Positions 1-11,675 of a stretch of DNA of 64,000 nt are shown one piece after another. The number at the start of each line of letters is the position of its first letter. The stretch's first letter is position 1. The stretch spans positions 2,666,001-2,730,000 of the forward strand of contig CM039000.1 in assembly GCA_017499595.2 (NCBI GenBank), in the 5' to 3' direction. Source of the DNA: Psilocybe cubensis (Eukaryota). The translations under genes were made by a program, and so were the position numbers. Under the pieces are notes generated by a model that was not told where the DNA came from, searched no databases, and worked only from the letters and a program-made list of their open reading frames with translations.

Positions 1-24
1 AGATAGCTGATCACTAATATTCAG

Positions 25-1105
25 CCAGCAGAATTTGGATGTAAAGGATGGAATATCTCTTCTGTCGCTCAAACATCATGTATTTCTATCGTATCTGCAG
101 TCGCTGGTTTTAGTTTCGGCCCAACGCGTTTTGGGCAAAACTCTGACTGAACGTTCCCCTCCTTCTGAATCATTTGGCAGCAAGGAGAGAGAAGCTCGAG
201 GGAATAATCCCGGCGATTTGATCGACTCCATGATTGAAAATCGAGTTGTCTTGGAAAAGATCGACGTATTGGAGAGTAAAATGCGGTATCAGATTGAAAA
301 GCTCGTTCGCCTCGCAGATGAACCAGGGCAAAGCACAAAAGACATAGAAGGTCAGTTATTCAGCACTTACTCGGGGGTTCTATATGTCTCATAATATGTA
401 CCAGACCCTCTCGCCTTCAAACCAAATCCAATGTCGCTCATGCAGACAGACGTACCTGCTCAGGAAGAATCGTCTGCGCAAAATCATCGCGAATCTACAA
501 ATGACGACCAGGGCGATGGCATCTACCGCCCACCACGCCTTGCGCCTATGCCTTATGTAGAAAAATCTAAAAACAAAGAGCGCCGTAACAGGGCTCCCGT
601 CCCTTCTGCTCTCGCCAATCTGGCTGTGGATCCTTCTCAACCTTTTGTGGAATCTACATCGGGTCTTGGCGGTGCTCCGTCTCTCGCTTCAGGTCGCGCT
701 CAATACCTTAAGCGACTTAAAGATTTCGAAGAGGATAACTTCACGCGTGTCATCATGAAGAAAAGCGATGCTAAGCGCCGTGCAAGAGACGAAGAAGACC
801 TGGCTCTTGGCGGTGACCTTGGTGGCGGATCAGGACACAGAGCTCGTAGGGGAGCTGGAACCCTGGATGATGAATTTAGTGAAGTTCTACGGAGTGTGAG
901 TCGAGTCACTGGAGGTCGCGGTCAAGGCGATGGGTACGAAGAACTAAGAAAACGCGGAAAGAAGATGGATGTCCTTGAAAGAAGCCGGACAGGAAAGAAA
1001 CGCGATGCTCCTGGTGACGAAGGTCAAGAAACTCAGAGAATGAAGAAAAGAAGTCGTTTCGAATTGGAGACCAAGGTTGCAAAGAAGAAAATTGCAAAAC
1101 GCTAA
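25..1105 (+). CDS. LCP5: Lcp5/neuroguidin-like SSU processome protein (Sas10/Utp3/C1D family), 5'-truncated by the window edge
   Basis: Motifs DGISLLSLKHH, RVVLEKIDVLESKMRYQIEKLV, DPLAFKPNP and GIYRPPRLAPMPY; intron 351-404 (GT..CAG); basic C-terminus; stop at 1103-1105. Confidence 0.85.
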
Positions 1106-1732
1106 CTTGGAAAACTTGTCCTGTCTTTTTTTTAACCTAGTTTATACTCCTGTTGTGGCGAACTATATAGTGAAAGCAATCAAAAGAAGGACTTCGAGGC
1201 AACAGGAAACTTGTCCTGTTATCTGCAATTTTGTGCAGTTCAATGTTAAACATATTTGTACTTGAATTTTCTGATTGTCTGCCATTCCGCCGCGTCATTT
1301 CTTCCAATTACATGCATGAAGCTAAATATTTGTGCAGTGTGCACTCCGTCAGTAACGTTATTTCAGATTGGTTTCCAGCAGGGCATTGTTCATTGTTATC
1401 CCGTGACTGTCACAATGCGACGCGTCTTATTGTTTTCTAAAAATAGTTCGTGTCAATAGTGGCACTGCTTCGCGAAGCGATATTAGTACTATGTCAAACT
1501 TGGTACAATGAGATCCCCGATAGACTCTTGAGTCCTTTCGGGATATCCCCCACTTCAACCACATTGTTAACCTCCTCCTCTTGACTCGGGCAGTCGATCA
1601 AGTCTATTTTCTTGTTGATCCTTTATTATTCACGATTTCACGAGTCCTCACGACGCGCCAGCGACTGCCTATTACTGCGCGAAACCTTCAAACCAGACAA
1701 TATATCCGTCAATTCCCTTCTCCTCACTCAAA

Positions 1733-2581
1733 ATGACCCAATCCGCATTCTTCCTTCGTGCCCGTGCAATATCTTTCAGTGCGTGTGTTATATCAAAAGT
1801 CTTACGATGACTGACTGAAGGTGAATTGATGAATAGGCTGCATTATGTTTCTGGGTCTACTGTGGATTATCATTCACAGTCTGTGTTTATTCGCGCAGTG
1901 GGATGTCATGGATCACTTTGAACGTTAGTGTCTTCTAACTTGTACCATATGATTGATGAACTGAACTGACTGTTGGAACGAACAGGCTCTCTCATCTTCA
2001 TCATGCTTCTTGTCAACACTGCGACTCTAATAATGCTCCCTATACTGTGAATTAAATTATTTTTTCGATCTAAATGTTCTTGGCTGATCTCGATTTTGCT
2101 TTACCATTAGTCTAATCAACGAATTTCGTCCGTGGCTCGATGCCACTCGTTGTCTGTTCCTGATTCTCTGCCATTTTGGCATGGCTATATTCTTTGCTGT
2201 AAAGAAATCCTCTTTCCAGTGCATATACTCAAGTGAGTTCTTTTTGTTAGAAACAGAAATGATGATGTTAACATAGTTCCGTTACAAGATCCTGACCAGG
2301 ATGCTGTCTGCGACCTAATCATTTTGTATATTTCTGTCACAAGCTGGTTCATACCCGTGTTAGGTATGTTCCAATTAACCCAAGTACTTTAATTATTGAC
2401 TAAAAATTTCATGTCCTATATAGTTGTGGGTTATTCATGTGGCTTGGCGTATCTCGTTTACAGAGTTTCACAAACACAAGATACAACGCCAAACGATGTC
2501 GAAAAACAGCAAGTAGATGCTTCAAAAAGTGATGAAGGCGAATCAACACCTAAACTAGACACCTATCATTATGCTATCTAG
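1733..2581 (+). CDS. Small multi-exon membrane protein with about four TM helices; function unknown
   Basis: ATG at 1733. Short exons joined at GT-AG give hydrophobic stretches (CIMFLGLLWIIIHSLCLFAQW; SLIFIMLLVNTATLIMLPIL; FRPWLDATRCLFLILCHFGMAIFFAV; CDLIILYISVTSWFIPVL; GYSCGLAYLVYR) and a polar tail. Confidence 0.6.
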
Positions 2582-2942
2582 AGCTTTAATAATAGTTTGT
2601 ACATCACATTCTGTACCAACCAATTACACTAAACAAATCTATTCACCAACAAAGACAAATCCATCGTAAATGAATATTGTGAGGGATATCTACGAGCAAC
2701 AATCATGGATCGCTCTCGTCTAAAATTTTTCGTAAATAATGCTATAGCTATTATACTGGGTGAAAGTGTGTATGGTGTGTGTCTACGAAAGAGTGGCAGA
2801 TGCAAAACAAAGCAATCGGGATAGTGTAACAGGTTGAGCAGATTCCATATATAATAAGTCCGTTGTCAGAGAAGGCATAAGTCCATGTAGTGTTCGTCTT
2901 CTTCTCTGTCCATATATTAGGTTGGTGATGGGAAATTCGTAT

Positions 2943-5900
2943 TTAAGGTCGTGCTGTAGAAAAAAAAAATCAATACAATGTACAGCATACGTGTGCATAG
3001 CAGATACCCACCCAGCTGTTCCTTGCGATAGAACCAGAAATATCCGAGAACAATGACGAGCTGGCAAACAAGAGCGATCCAGAATAATGGCAGAGCCATT
3101 GGGCTCCCTAAATGATTGTGAGTACGTTTGACGAGCGTTGAAACAAAGTAGAAGTGTACCTGACAGGCCTTCTGAAAAGTCCCACTTGGCAGCATCAGGG
3201 AACACGGATCCAGGGCCAACTGAGTTGGGTGCGGTTGCACGGGCAATCATAACACAAATGGACCCAATTACTTGCGCGAAGGCCAGGGTGGCGCAGACAT
3301 GAAGTCGCGAGAGTGTCTACCAGAATATTAAAAAATGTGAAGATCGAAAGCTGAGATAGCACTTACCTGCAGAAGAATCATTCCCAAACCAACACCTTGA
3401 ATGGCATCAAGAACGCCCAGCCAAAGCCAGAGAGAGATACCAAGATATGGTCCGGCACTACCAGCCCAAGGGATGTACAAGGCCAGAGAAGAGGTACCCC
3501 ATAACATCTTCAAAATATTATTAGTATTGCCCAGATATAACTATCAAATCATTTACCTGACACCATCTAGGAGCACCTAGCCCAACGGCGAATACAGGAA
3601 GCAACCAAGTGTGAGTTTTACTGAAATGTGTCAAAACAAGGAGCATCGCCGCCCAGACAAAGACGAAAAAGGTGACAACGAGGATCAGAATTTGCCATTT
3701 GGGAACGTCCACACTCCACAGGAAAGTCCAGTTACGTCCGTAAGGCTACATGACAATCATATTAGTCAAGAGGCATGTCAAGAACAAAATCAACCACGTA
3801 CTCCACTCAACCAATAGTCGCGAAGAATTTCAGATGCAAGGAACCATAAAACGAGTTTCCGCCTGAAAAGGGTCTTCAGGAAGTGAGGAACCTTTGGGGG
3901 CGTTTGCCGGTAATATTCTACAAGAAACTGAGGTCAGAGCGAATAACAAGCAGGTCAATTCCCAATACACTCACCCGGTAAACCGTAGAGCATAAGATAG
4001 GCGAAAAGGAAACTCGCGAACGCTAATGGCCACACGATGGTAACAATCCACCACGGGGTAATGTAATCGTCAGTCCTTCCGCTGAGGTTGTAACCCCAAT
4101 ACCACAAAGCAGCCACCCAGATTTGCTGAGAACCTTGCACAATACAAGCTCTAAGTGTCCAAACCTCCGTTGCAGCGCCCTAAACATCCTTCAATATTTC
4201 AAATCAGTCAAAGATTTTATTATTAACTTACGGCTTCTTCTCCGAAGTTAAGACCAAAGAATAGGAACCCGGCAGCAGAACCAACTGCGTAACACCAGGT
4301 CGCTGCACTCGAAAGCGCACGGTGAGCCGGATGCAATGATGAATGGACTGAAGGAAGGCCGATCAGGAAGAAAGCCAGACCGAAGAAGATCCATGGAAGA
4401 GAAAGGACATAGATAGAGGGTTTGAGCCTGAACATAGGGTACCAGACAGCTGTCGCGGCAAGGAAGACGCCACCAAGCACATAAAGTTGAACGTTATCTT
4501 GCCAATTACGACCCGTTAGCAATGTAATTTGGAAACTGGTCGCGCTCAACATCTACTTATATATCAGAGAATGTTAACATTGTAGAATGGTTTGGCTGCC
4601 TCACCTGGCCCAAGCCAATGACGATGGTATATAGTGGCCAACCGCCAATTTCACGAGACATAGCGATTTGAAGACCTGTCATAGGTGTGACTTCCGGCAT
4701 ATTAGGTTCTTGGTGCAAGGGTCCGTCATAATCTCCCTGAGAAAATGCTTGCATGTTGGGGGCTGCAGAGGAATTGTTAGTATAAATCTGTCAAAGACAG
4801 AAAAAGCCATACAATCTGGACGAGAATAGAGTGAAGGTGAAGGAGTCCCCCACATCGAATCTCGCTGTGATGACCGGATACTGGCAGCAGTTGAAAGTTT
4901 CTCCTTGCGAACTTTACCGAAGAAGGCCTCCTCGCTCTTAGTCAAGAATTTTTCGATTGAAAGCTCATGCTCAGAGTTTTTGGCGTTCAGTGTTTGTAGC
5001 TTCTGCACAAACTCCGAAGCAACTCCACCATCCGAATCAGTGAACTAGATGGGAAAGATCTATGGGTATATCGAGACAATATTAATATAGAATAACTCAC
5101 TGATGCAATAGCTTTGTTCAGAGGAGAGTTGGATTTTTCTTCTACAATAGATGAGATAGATTCAACAGAGGAAACGCGCGAGTGTGATCCGAATGGACGA
5201 CTTGGTGCCAAACCAGGATCGAGGAATGGATCAGGAACATGTTTTTGGTCTTTGGCAATGGTACGATTTGCACGTTCTAGGAAATTGTTGTAACCACCAG
5301 GACTGTCAGCCATGCTGGGTGCTAAGCTGGGAGCGACGCTTCCCCGTTGATGGTGTGCAAAGTAATCATCATCAGAATACTGATTTCCAGAGCGTGGGGT
5401 GTGTTCTCCTCCTGGAGTGAGAGACTCTTGACTCCATTGTGCTGGAGATCCTGGAGTATGAACCTGAGGACCATCATTAAAGCTGCGGGCATCCCATTCA
5501 GGTTGAGTAGGCTGTGCTTGGGCAATTGGATCCCAATCATCGGTATCAGCCATAGGGCGAAGACCACCTCCATCACAGTCGGACTCTCTCCACGCATTTG
5601 GACCAGCGATGGAACGACTGTTATTGATACTACGCTTATGGAAATCCTCCATTCTTTGGCGCCACTCTACTACAGGGAAACGTTGAATAGCAGATCTTGC
5701 CCGCAAGATAGCACGCTCCTCTTCAGTTGATTTCAAAGCCATTTTGATTGTTTTTGTGAGCTGAGAAAGCATGTGATTTGTAGCGCTTGATTCTACAGGG
5801 TACCACTGATAAAAATAGTTAGTATTTGAATGGACTCAATAATTGTCGACGTACCCATCCAGGCATTAAACCCAAACCACCCAATCGACTTCCGACACCA

Positions 5901-8900
5901 AGAGCACCCTTACGACCGAACTCGACCGCCACGAGACCGAAAGGTTCATCACGGGAAGGAATCAAAGCAAAATCGGCACCGCTGAAAAGGTAAGGGGGGA
6001 GGGCCGTAAATTCTGGTTTGGAGTAGACACGATCGGGATACAGCTCCATGAGACGGGCAAGCTTTTCTGCTGCAAATCGGCCGTAAAGATCAATAACAGG
6101 CCCGACAGCAATTAATTGAATGGTTGGCCGTTTTTCCAGGCTGAGTGTAACATTTTATTGTCAGCGATTAATCACGTCTGGTGGAAAGAATCACATACAG
6201 AGAAGGCATGACATCCGCAATAAGATCCACTCCCTTTTGTTTTGACCAACGACCAACGAACACGAACAAATCCGAGTTAGGGTCCTGCTTGATTCCAGCC
6301 CACTCTTGTGCCTGTCTTTTGAGTTCCGGACGTGCAGCTTCGGCAACCTCGTCGATCTGAACGTCGCGAGCTTCCATTGGCTTCTCGTCCAGTGCCGCAA
6401 TATCCGAAGGATCAGGATTTGGCAATGAGTCGACATGCTTGAGTGTCCAAAGGGCGGGATATCGAGCCCAACTGCGCTTTCCGTATTTGTCGGATACACC
6501 GGCAACACCAACACTCTTTTGATGGGTACTGATGAACGAGGCAGCCGCATGCAACAAATTGAAAGTGTTTCCGAATTGGACATATTTTGTGCAGTGCTCT
6601 TTGCTAATGTTGAACGCGGAGCAGACCTCCTTCATTTCTTCCTTGGTTCGCAGAGGCCAGAGACCCTGGAACTCGGCGTTATGAAGGGATAGACAGACAG
6701 GGATGACTTTAGGAAGTAGGTAGATAGGGGCGAGGGCACCGTGGTAATCATTGATGTGGTAGATGTCGATAGTGGGGTGTCGTCGAATAGTAGCGGCAAT
6801 AGCTTGATTCCATGTAGAGTAGAAGATAGCAGAGCTCAAATCGTCCATGCGAGCGGGATATGGATCGGCCTTTGTTTGCGCCCTAAAGACAGGACTGTCG
6901 AGAATGATATAGGTGATGTTGTCCAAGACGTGGGTTTCAACTTCAATCAAATAAGGCTCTCCGAAGATAATGACCTCGATAGGTTCCGCAGGTTCACCAG
7001 CAGGATATTCCAAATCCTTGACTTTAGGAACAACCCATATAAGGTCGACGTCAGTCATGGCCTTACCCATCAAACTTGACATGACACCAAGACCACCAAT
7101 CTTGACTTTCAACTTCCAATCTATAATTTCATATTCAAGCGTGGCAATGAGAACCTTTCGACGCTTATTTTTATCCTCTGGCCACCCAATGATCTCTGTG
7201 TTGTGCTTGTGGCCAAATATCTTCTCAGACATTGGTGTCGACTCCTTGAGGTCAGCAGCAGATTTATTTCCGAAGATGGGGAAGTAGTTGGTATGGCTCT
7301 TGACTTTAACACCGTATTGATTGTGTCGGATGCCGTAGAATGTCCACATGAAGATGAGAACAGCCAAAGTTGCAGTGATGAGAGGAATGGCAAGTAGTAA
7401 TGCATACATGATGATTCCCACAGATACCTGTCCACGAGGTTTGAGCGACCAGGTCATGGTAGAATCGTCAACGAGAAGAGACCACGAAAGATGAGGCGAC
7501 GGAGGGGCAGATATATTGAGGTAATTTGGCGCAACAGTGTTAGGTGGTAGACGATCGAGTACACCGTCACCATCCGCGTCTCCATAAAAGTAGTCGTCGA
7601 ATCCCCAAACGTTTAGTTGTAGGTAGGTTGGCCAGCTACCCATGATCTCAAGCTCCCATTTGCCATCCGGATTCAACTCCATGAGATGGTTGATACCAGC
7701 ATCGTAACCCCATTGGTTGAAGGGACCACGAGCCAAAAATTGAGGGACACGACGGGGTTTTCCGTTATAATTGAGATCAGCGTGCACCATATGGGCAGCA
7801 GAGGTTGTCGCATTACTCCAATCTAAAAACAATGTTCAACCTTTGCCTTTGTAATTGCGGCGAGAGTACTCACATTGAACTTGAATATGGTCGCCAGCCC
7901 AGAAGTTGTCAGAATTTTTCTTGAAAACTGAAGAATCAATCGTTGTGGTATCCTCCCATCGTGTCCAAGCTGTCCAGGTCTTCCCAAAGTTGCCAGAATA
8001 GCGGAAAAAGTCTGCTCCAAACGCTTTGTGAGTGAACGTGTATTTGCCGCCCTCCATTTTGAAAGAATCTGTCGTGTTGTAATCATTTGTGGGGAAGACC
8101 ATCACGTTGTCAGCAGCACCCTTCCTGACAAGGAAGTGGTCAATAGTCTAGAAAGAGATATTAGAAAAATTTAATTGAGAGAAATGCAAATGTAATCACC
8201 CCTGTGCCAGTGGCGGCGCCAGCTGCAGGTGCGGCGGGCGCGTTGTTAACAGTGATCGTCAAAACCCCATCAGGGACGTTGGTCAACGTAGCATTCCAAC
8301 TCCATGCAGAGACAGGGGCAGCAGCCAAGGGCGAAGTGTTGGTGCCAGTCATTGCACCGCATCTGACATTAGTGACCGTTGGGTTCCCTCCTTTTCCTGA
8401 TGATGCCATGGTGTATGTGATAGCCCTTGACACTGCATCGCACGAAGCCATAGGGACATTGAATTCGAAGCCGATATTGAGGGTAGTTGCGTTAGAAGCG
8501 CCAGGATCGGTGACCAATGCCCGATAATCATGGCCTGGAGTGAACTTTGTGATGACGGGACGAGGAGGAGACCATTGATTTATTGGAACGAGGGCTTTAA
8601 AACCATAAGGATCCATGGTAATGGAAGGTAAGCAACCCGTCCAGGGAGCTCCCCCATTGTTTTGGAAGGAATCCCGAGAATCCTGCAAAACATATGTTTC
8701 GAATGGAGAAAAGAGATTGCGGACCGTTGTGCCAGAAACATAAGGTGTGGAAATCCAGTCCTTGCTACTACAGTCGAAGGTGTAGGTTCGGGTCCTGTTT
8801 TCATTGGTGAAAAGCAACCAGACTTGTCCTGTGAAATTGCCCCCAACAGTCTGATACCCGGTAAGCGCAGAACGAGAAACAGACCATAGACCCATTTCAG

Positions 8901-11010
8901 TACCAGTGCCGTTGGAACCTGGTCGCTCAATGAAATAGGTCCAGTTACCACGTTGGACAAGGTTGAAACCGTCTTGAAGAGCGCCATAGGCTTCGCGCAA
9001 TGTATGGAATTGGGAAAAGAGTAGTCGACTGTCGGTGGTGGGATCAAAATGGTCAAGGGCATTCCAGTCATCATGACAGCCGAATAAGGCCTTTTCCAGA
9101 GGCATGTTGAAATATTGCTCTGAGCCAAGAACATAACATCCATGCCTCTTCCAGGCTTGATTGCTGATCATGGCTTGACGACCGTAAAGGTAATTGGAAG
9201 CACCATTGTCATAGAGGTAGAAGTTTTGTTCTTCACCGTAGTAGAGCTACAACCAAATAGGAAAAATTAAATGCCTTGCAACACCCAATATAACAACAAC
9301 GTACCAAGGGAATACCGGGCATGACCAAAGACGCAATGAAAGTAGCCAAAACACTTTTTTGTGTACCGGATTCCAGACTAGGCCAGCGGAAAATATCGAA
9401 GTTACTGCTTCCAAACATGTGCCTTGGATCCAGTTTCCCAGTGGAAGGATTGAGAAAATCGTTCTTGACGAACATCTGATTCCACGCTGTTACGAAATTG
9501 TTGTCAATGTCATATGCAACTTGGAGGTTCCCGTCCATGCCCAAGAAGCGAGCAATTGCGCGATAGAACGAATAGTGGAATGCAACACTGTCTAAAGCAT
9601 TGAGAGGAGCCTCACGAAGGAAGAATTCGTCCTGATTAGCAGTAACGTTGGCAGCGGCAAGGAATCCAGGTGGTAGTTGTGTAGGTGTTCGACCGCGTCC
9701 ACTATTGATTCACGATAAGCAAATTACTCTACTCTTAATCAACAGAAATACGCACTAGTAAAGCGACCCGAAAGTATCTCCACCAGTGACTTCGCCAGGA
9801 ATAAAGAAGTTGGTTTTCCCAAGTCTTCTTGCACATTCTCGTGTACGTGAGGCCCAAACGGCCAATGCATCTACCGTAACTTGTGTGGCTTTATCGATAC
9901 GGATAGCGTCGATATCGAGAGCTTTGATGGCGAGACAAGAAAACGTAGAGATCTTGGCCATAACATCAGGTTTCCATTCACGAAGACGATCCTGGACGGA
10001 GGCGAATTTGGACAATTGGCGCTGCCAGTCAGGATGCACACCGAAAGCCTCCATATCACCATACTGATCAAAGTCAGAAGCCATACATCCATTGGTCTCC
10101 ACTTTGACGACAGTGCCATCATCTTCCCAAAACTTGGGCATGACGCAAGACGTATTGCGTTCGTTTCCAATCTAAGATAGTTTTAGCTTATCCCAAGGAA
10201 AGTTAAGCATTCATCACTACATACCTGGAAATCGCGATACTCTGAGAAATTCCAAGGAATGTAATTTGGCTTCTTCCACACGGCCTTGTATTCATTCAGA
10301 TTAAAAGGAGTACTCGTATTCAGATGACTATAATCCGCAGAGGTCAGATCCATTTATAGAAGAAGGTTACGCCACGACATACCCTTCAAACCCAATGAGA
10401 TCGCTCATTGTTCCAACCGTGAAATCTGCCATAAAATACATTCCTCTTGCGTGAATAGCATCGATTGCGTCTCGCCAATCATTAATGGTACCCCAATGAG
10501 GATCAAGAACGCTGAAGTCGAGGGGTGAATAACCTAGGGAATGGAAGCAAAGAATAGACGTCAGTTAGATAGTGAGCGTAATAGCATGCAAACACGATGC
10601 TTACTGTCCGCTTGCCAAAGCATGTTAAGGAAGGGGGTTCCAGACATGAAAATAACCCTAACGCCCATGCCATGCAGGTAATCTAGTTTGGAGACGAGGC
10701 CTTTCAAATCGCCACCAAAGCGAAGCTGTGTTTCGCGGATATCAGACTCATACATGGTGCCGAAAAAATCGTTGTTGGTGGGGTCCCCGTCGGCAAACTT
10801 GTCGAGAAGAATTGTGTATGTGGGGAGAGCGCGCCAGTTTTCAGGTGAGGGGGTGTAGGTTGAATTAGGGCGTTCTGCATCATATTGCGTAGGGTCTGTA
10901 GCGTCCTTGTTGACATTGATATTGTAGTCGACAAGATCTTCTCGCCAGGGAGAAGCAGAGACGAAGGAAGATAGGGAGATTAGGGCGCAAAGCGCCGCTG
11001 AGAGACGCAT
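2943..11010 (-). CDS. ags1: Cell-wall alpha-1,3-glucan synthase (signal peptide, GH13 domain, TM, GT5 glycogen-synthase-like domain, multi-pass C-terminal membrane domain)
   Basis: Signal peptide [15 protein letters not shown]13 motifs [45 protein letters not shown]5 motifs [64 protein letters not shown]-terminal [29 protein letters not shown]. Many ~50 nt introns. Confidence 0.96.
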
Positions 11011-11371
11011 GCTAGGTAAAGGAAACGCAGACAAAGGAAAATTATAAGAAAGATAGAAGGAAGAAAGAGGTTGTATAGGAAACGGGCGGCAGGGACGACC
11101 GCAAAGGACAGAATTGAATAGTGAAGATGCAGGTATGAAGGGATGCAAGCGGACAGCGCGGAATAAGTTGCTTGCTACATTATTTGCATTCGTTTGACCC
11201 GCCACAATTTGTCACTCAGGCATGCCCTGTTCCTATTCCTATTCCAATTATTCTAATCGATTATATATTACAGTTTACTGTGGATGATAGTATGTTGTCT
11301 GTCTGCCAGCGTGGCCAATGGCCAGTGTTGTCCGTACTTCCCAATTTTATTTTCCAGGCTTTGTTTTTTGT

Positions 11372-11523
11372 TATAAATAGAACACCTTGTACCTGCACAA
11401 TAGGCCTTTGCAATGGCACTCGTCCGTCTGTCCATAGTCCACACTCTTTCAGTTACTTTATCGTTCACATCGCCCCCTACTGTCCATCTATCATCTCCTA
11501 AGATCCATCATTCGTATAATTAG
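11372..11523. promoter_or_regulatory. Two TA(A/T)4TAG motifs (Rlm1/RlmA MADS-box-like) in the ags1/STE11 divergent intergenic region
   Basis: TATAAATAG at 11372-11380 and TATAATTAG at 11515-11523; motif match only. Confidence 0.35.
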
Positions 11524-11675
11524 TGGTGTCCGTTGCCAAGGTTTCCATATCTGCATCTCGAAACAGCGTGCACCAAGGCTTCAGGTTTCACAGCTTTTGA
11601 CCCGTCCCATTGGTCATTCCAAGCTTTGGTCTTTCAAGGCTTACTTGCTTCCTGTCGCTCCCTGGTCTTTTCAAT

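Noticed and set aside
1514..1544. Imperfect hairpin CCCGA-TA-GACTC-TT-GAGTC-CTT-TCGGG as a structured RNA
   Set aside because: Too short and imperfect; no tRNA, snoRNA or snRNA hallmarks.
5184..10180. Many + strand ORFs antisense to ags1, and similar antisense ORFs over the AAA ATPase, PRP28 and the kinase (e.g. 52084-52746, 53211-53825)
   Set aside because: Shadow ORFs expected from codon bias opposite long exons; no recognisable motifs.
10561..11205. ORF-track N-terminal extension of ags1 (MAGQTNANN...)
   Set aside because: The signal peptide begins at the ATG at 11010; the upstream stretch is a pyrimidine-rich 5'UTR/promoter read from a non-ATG start.
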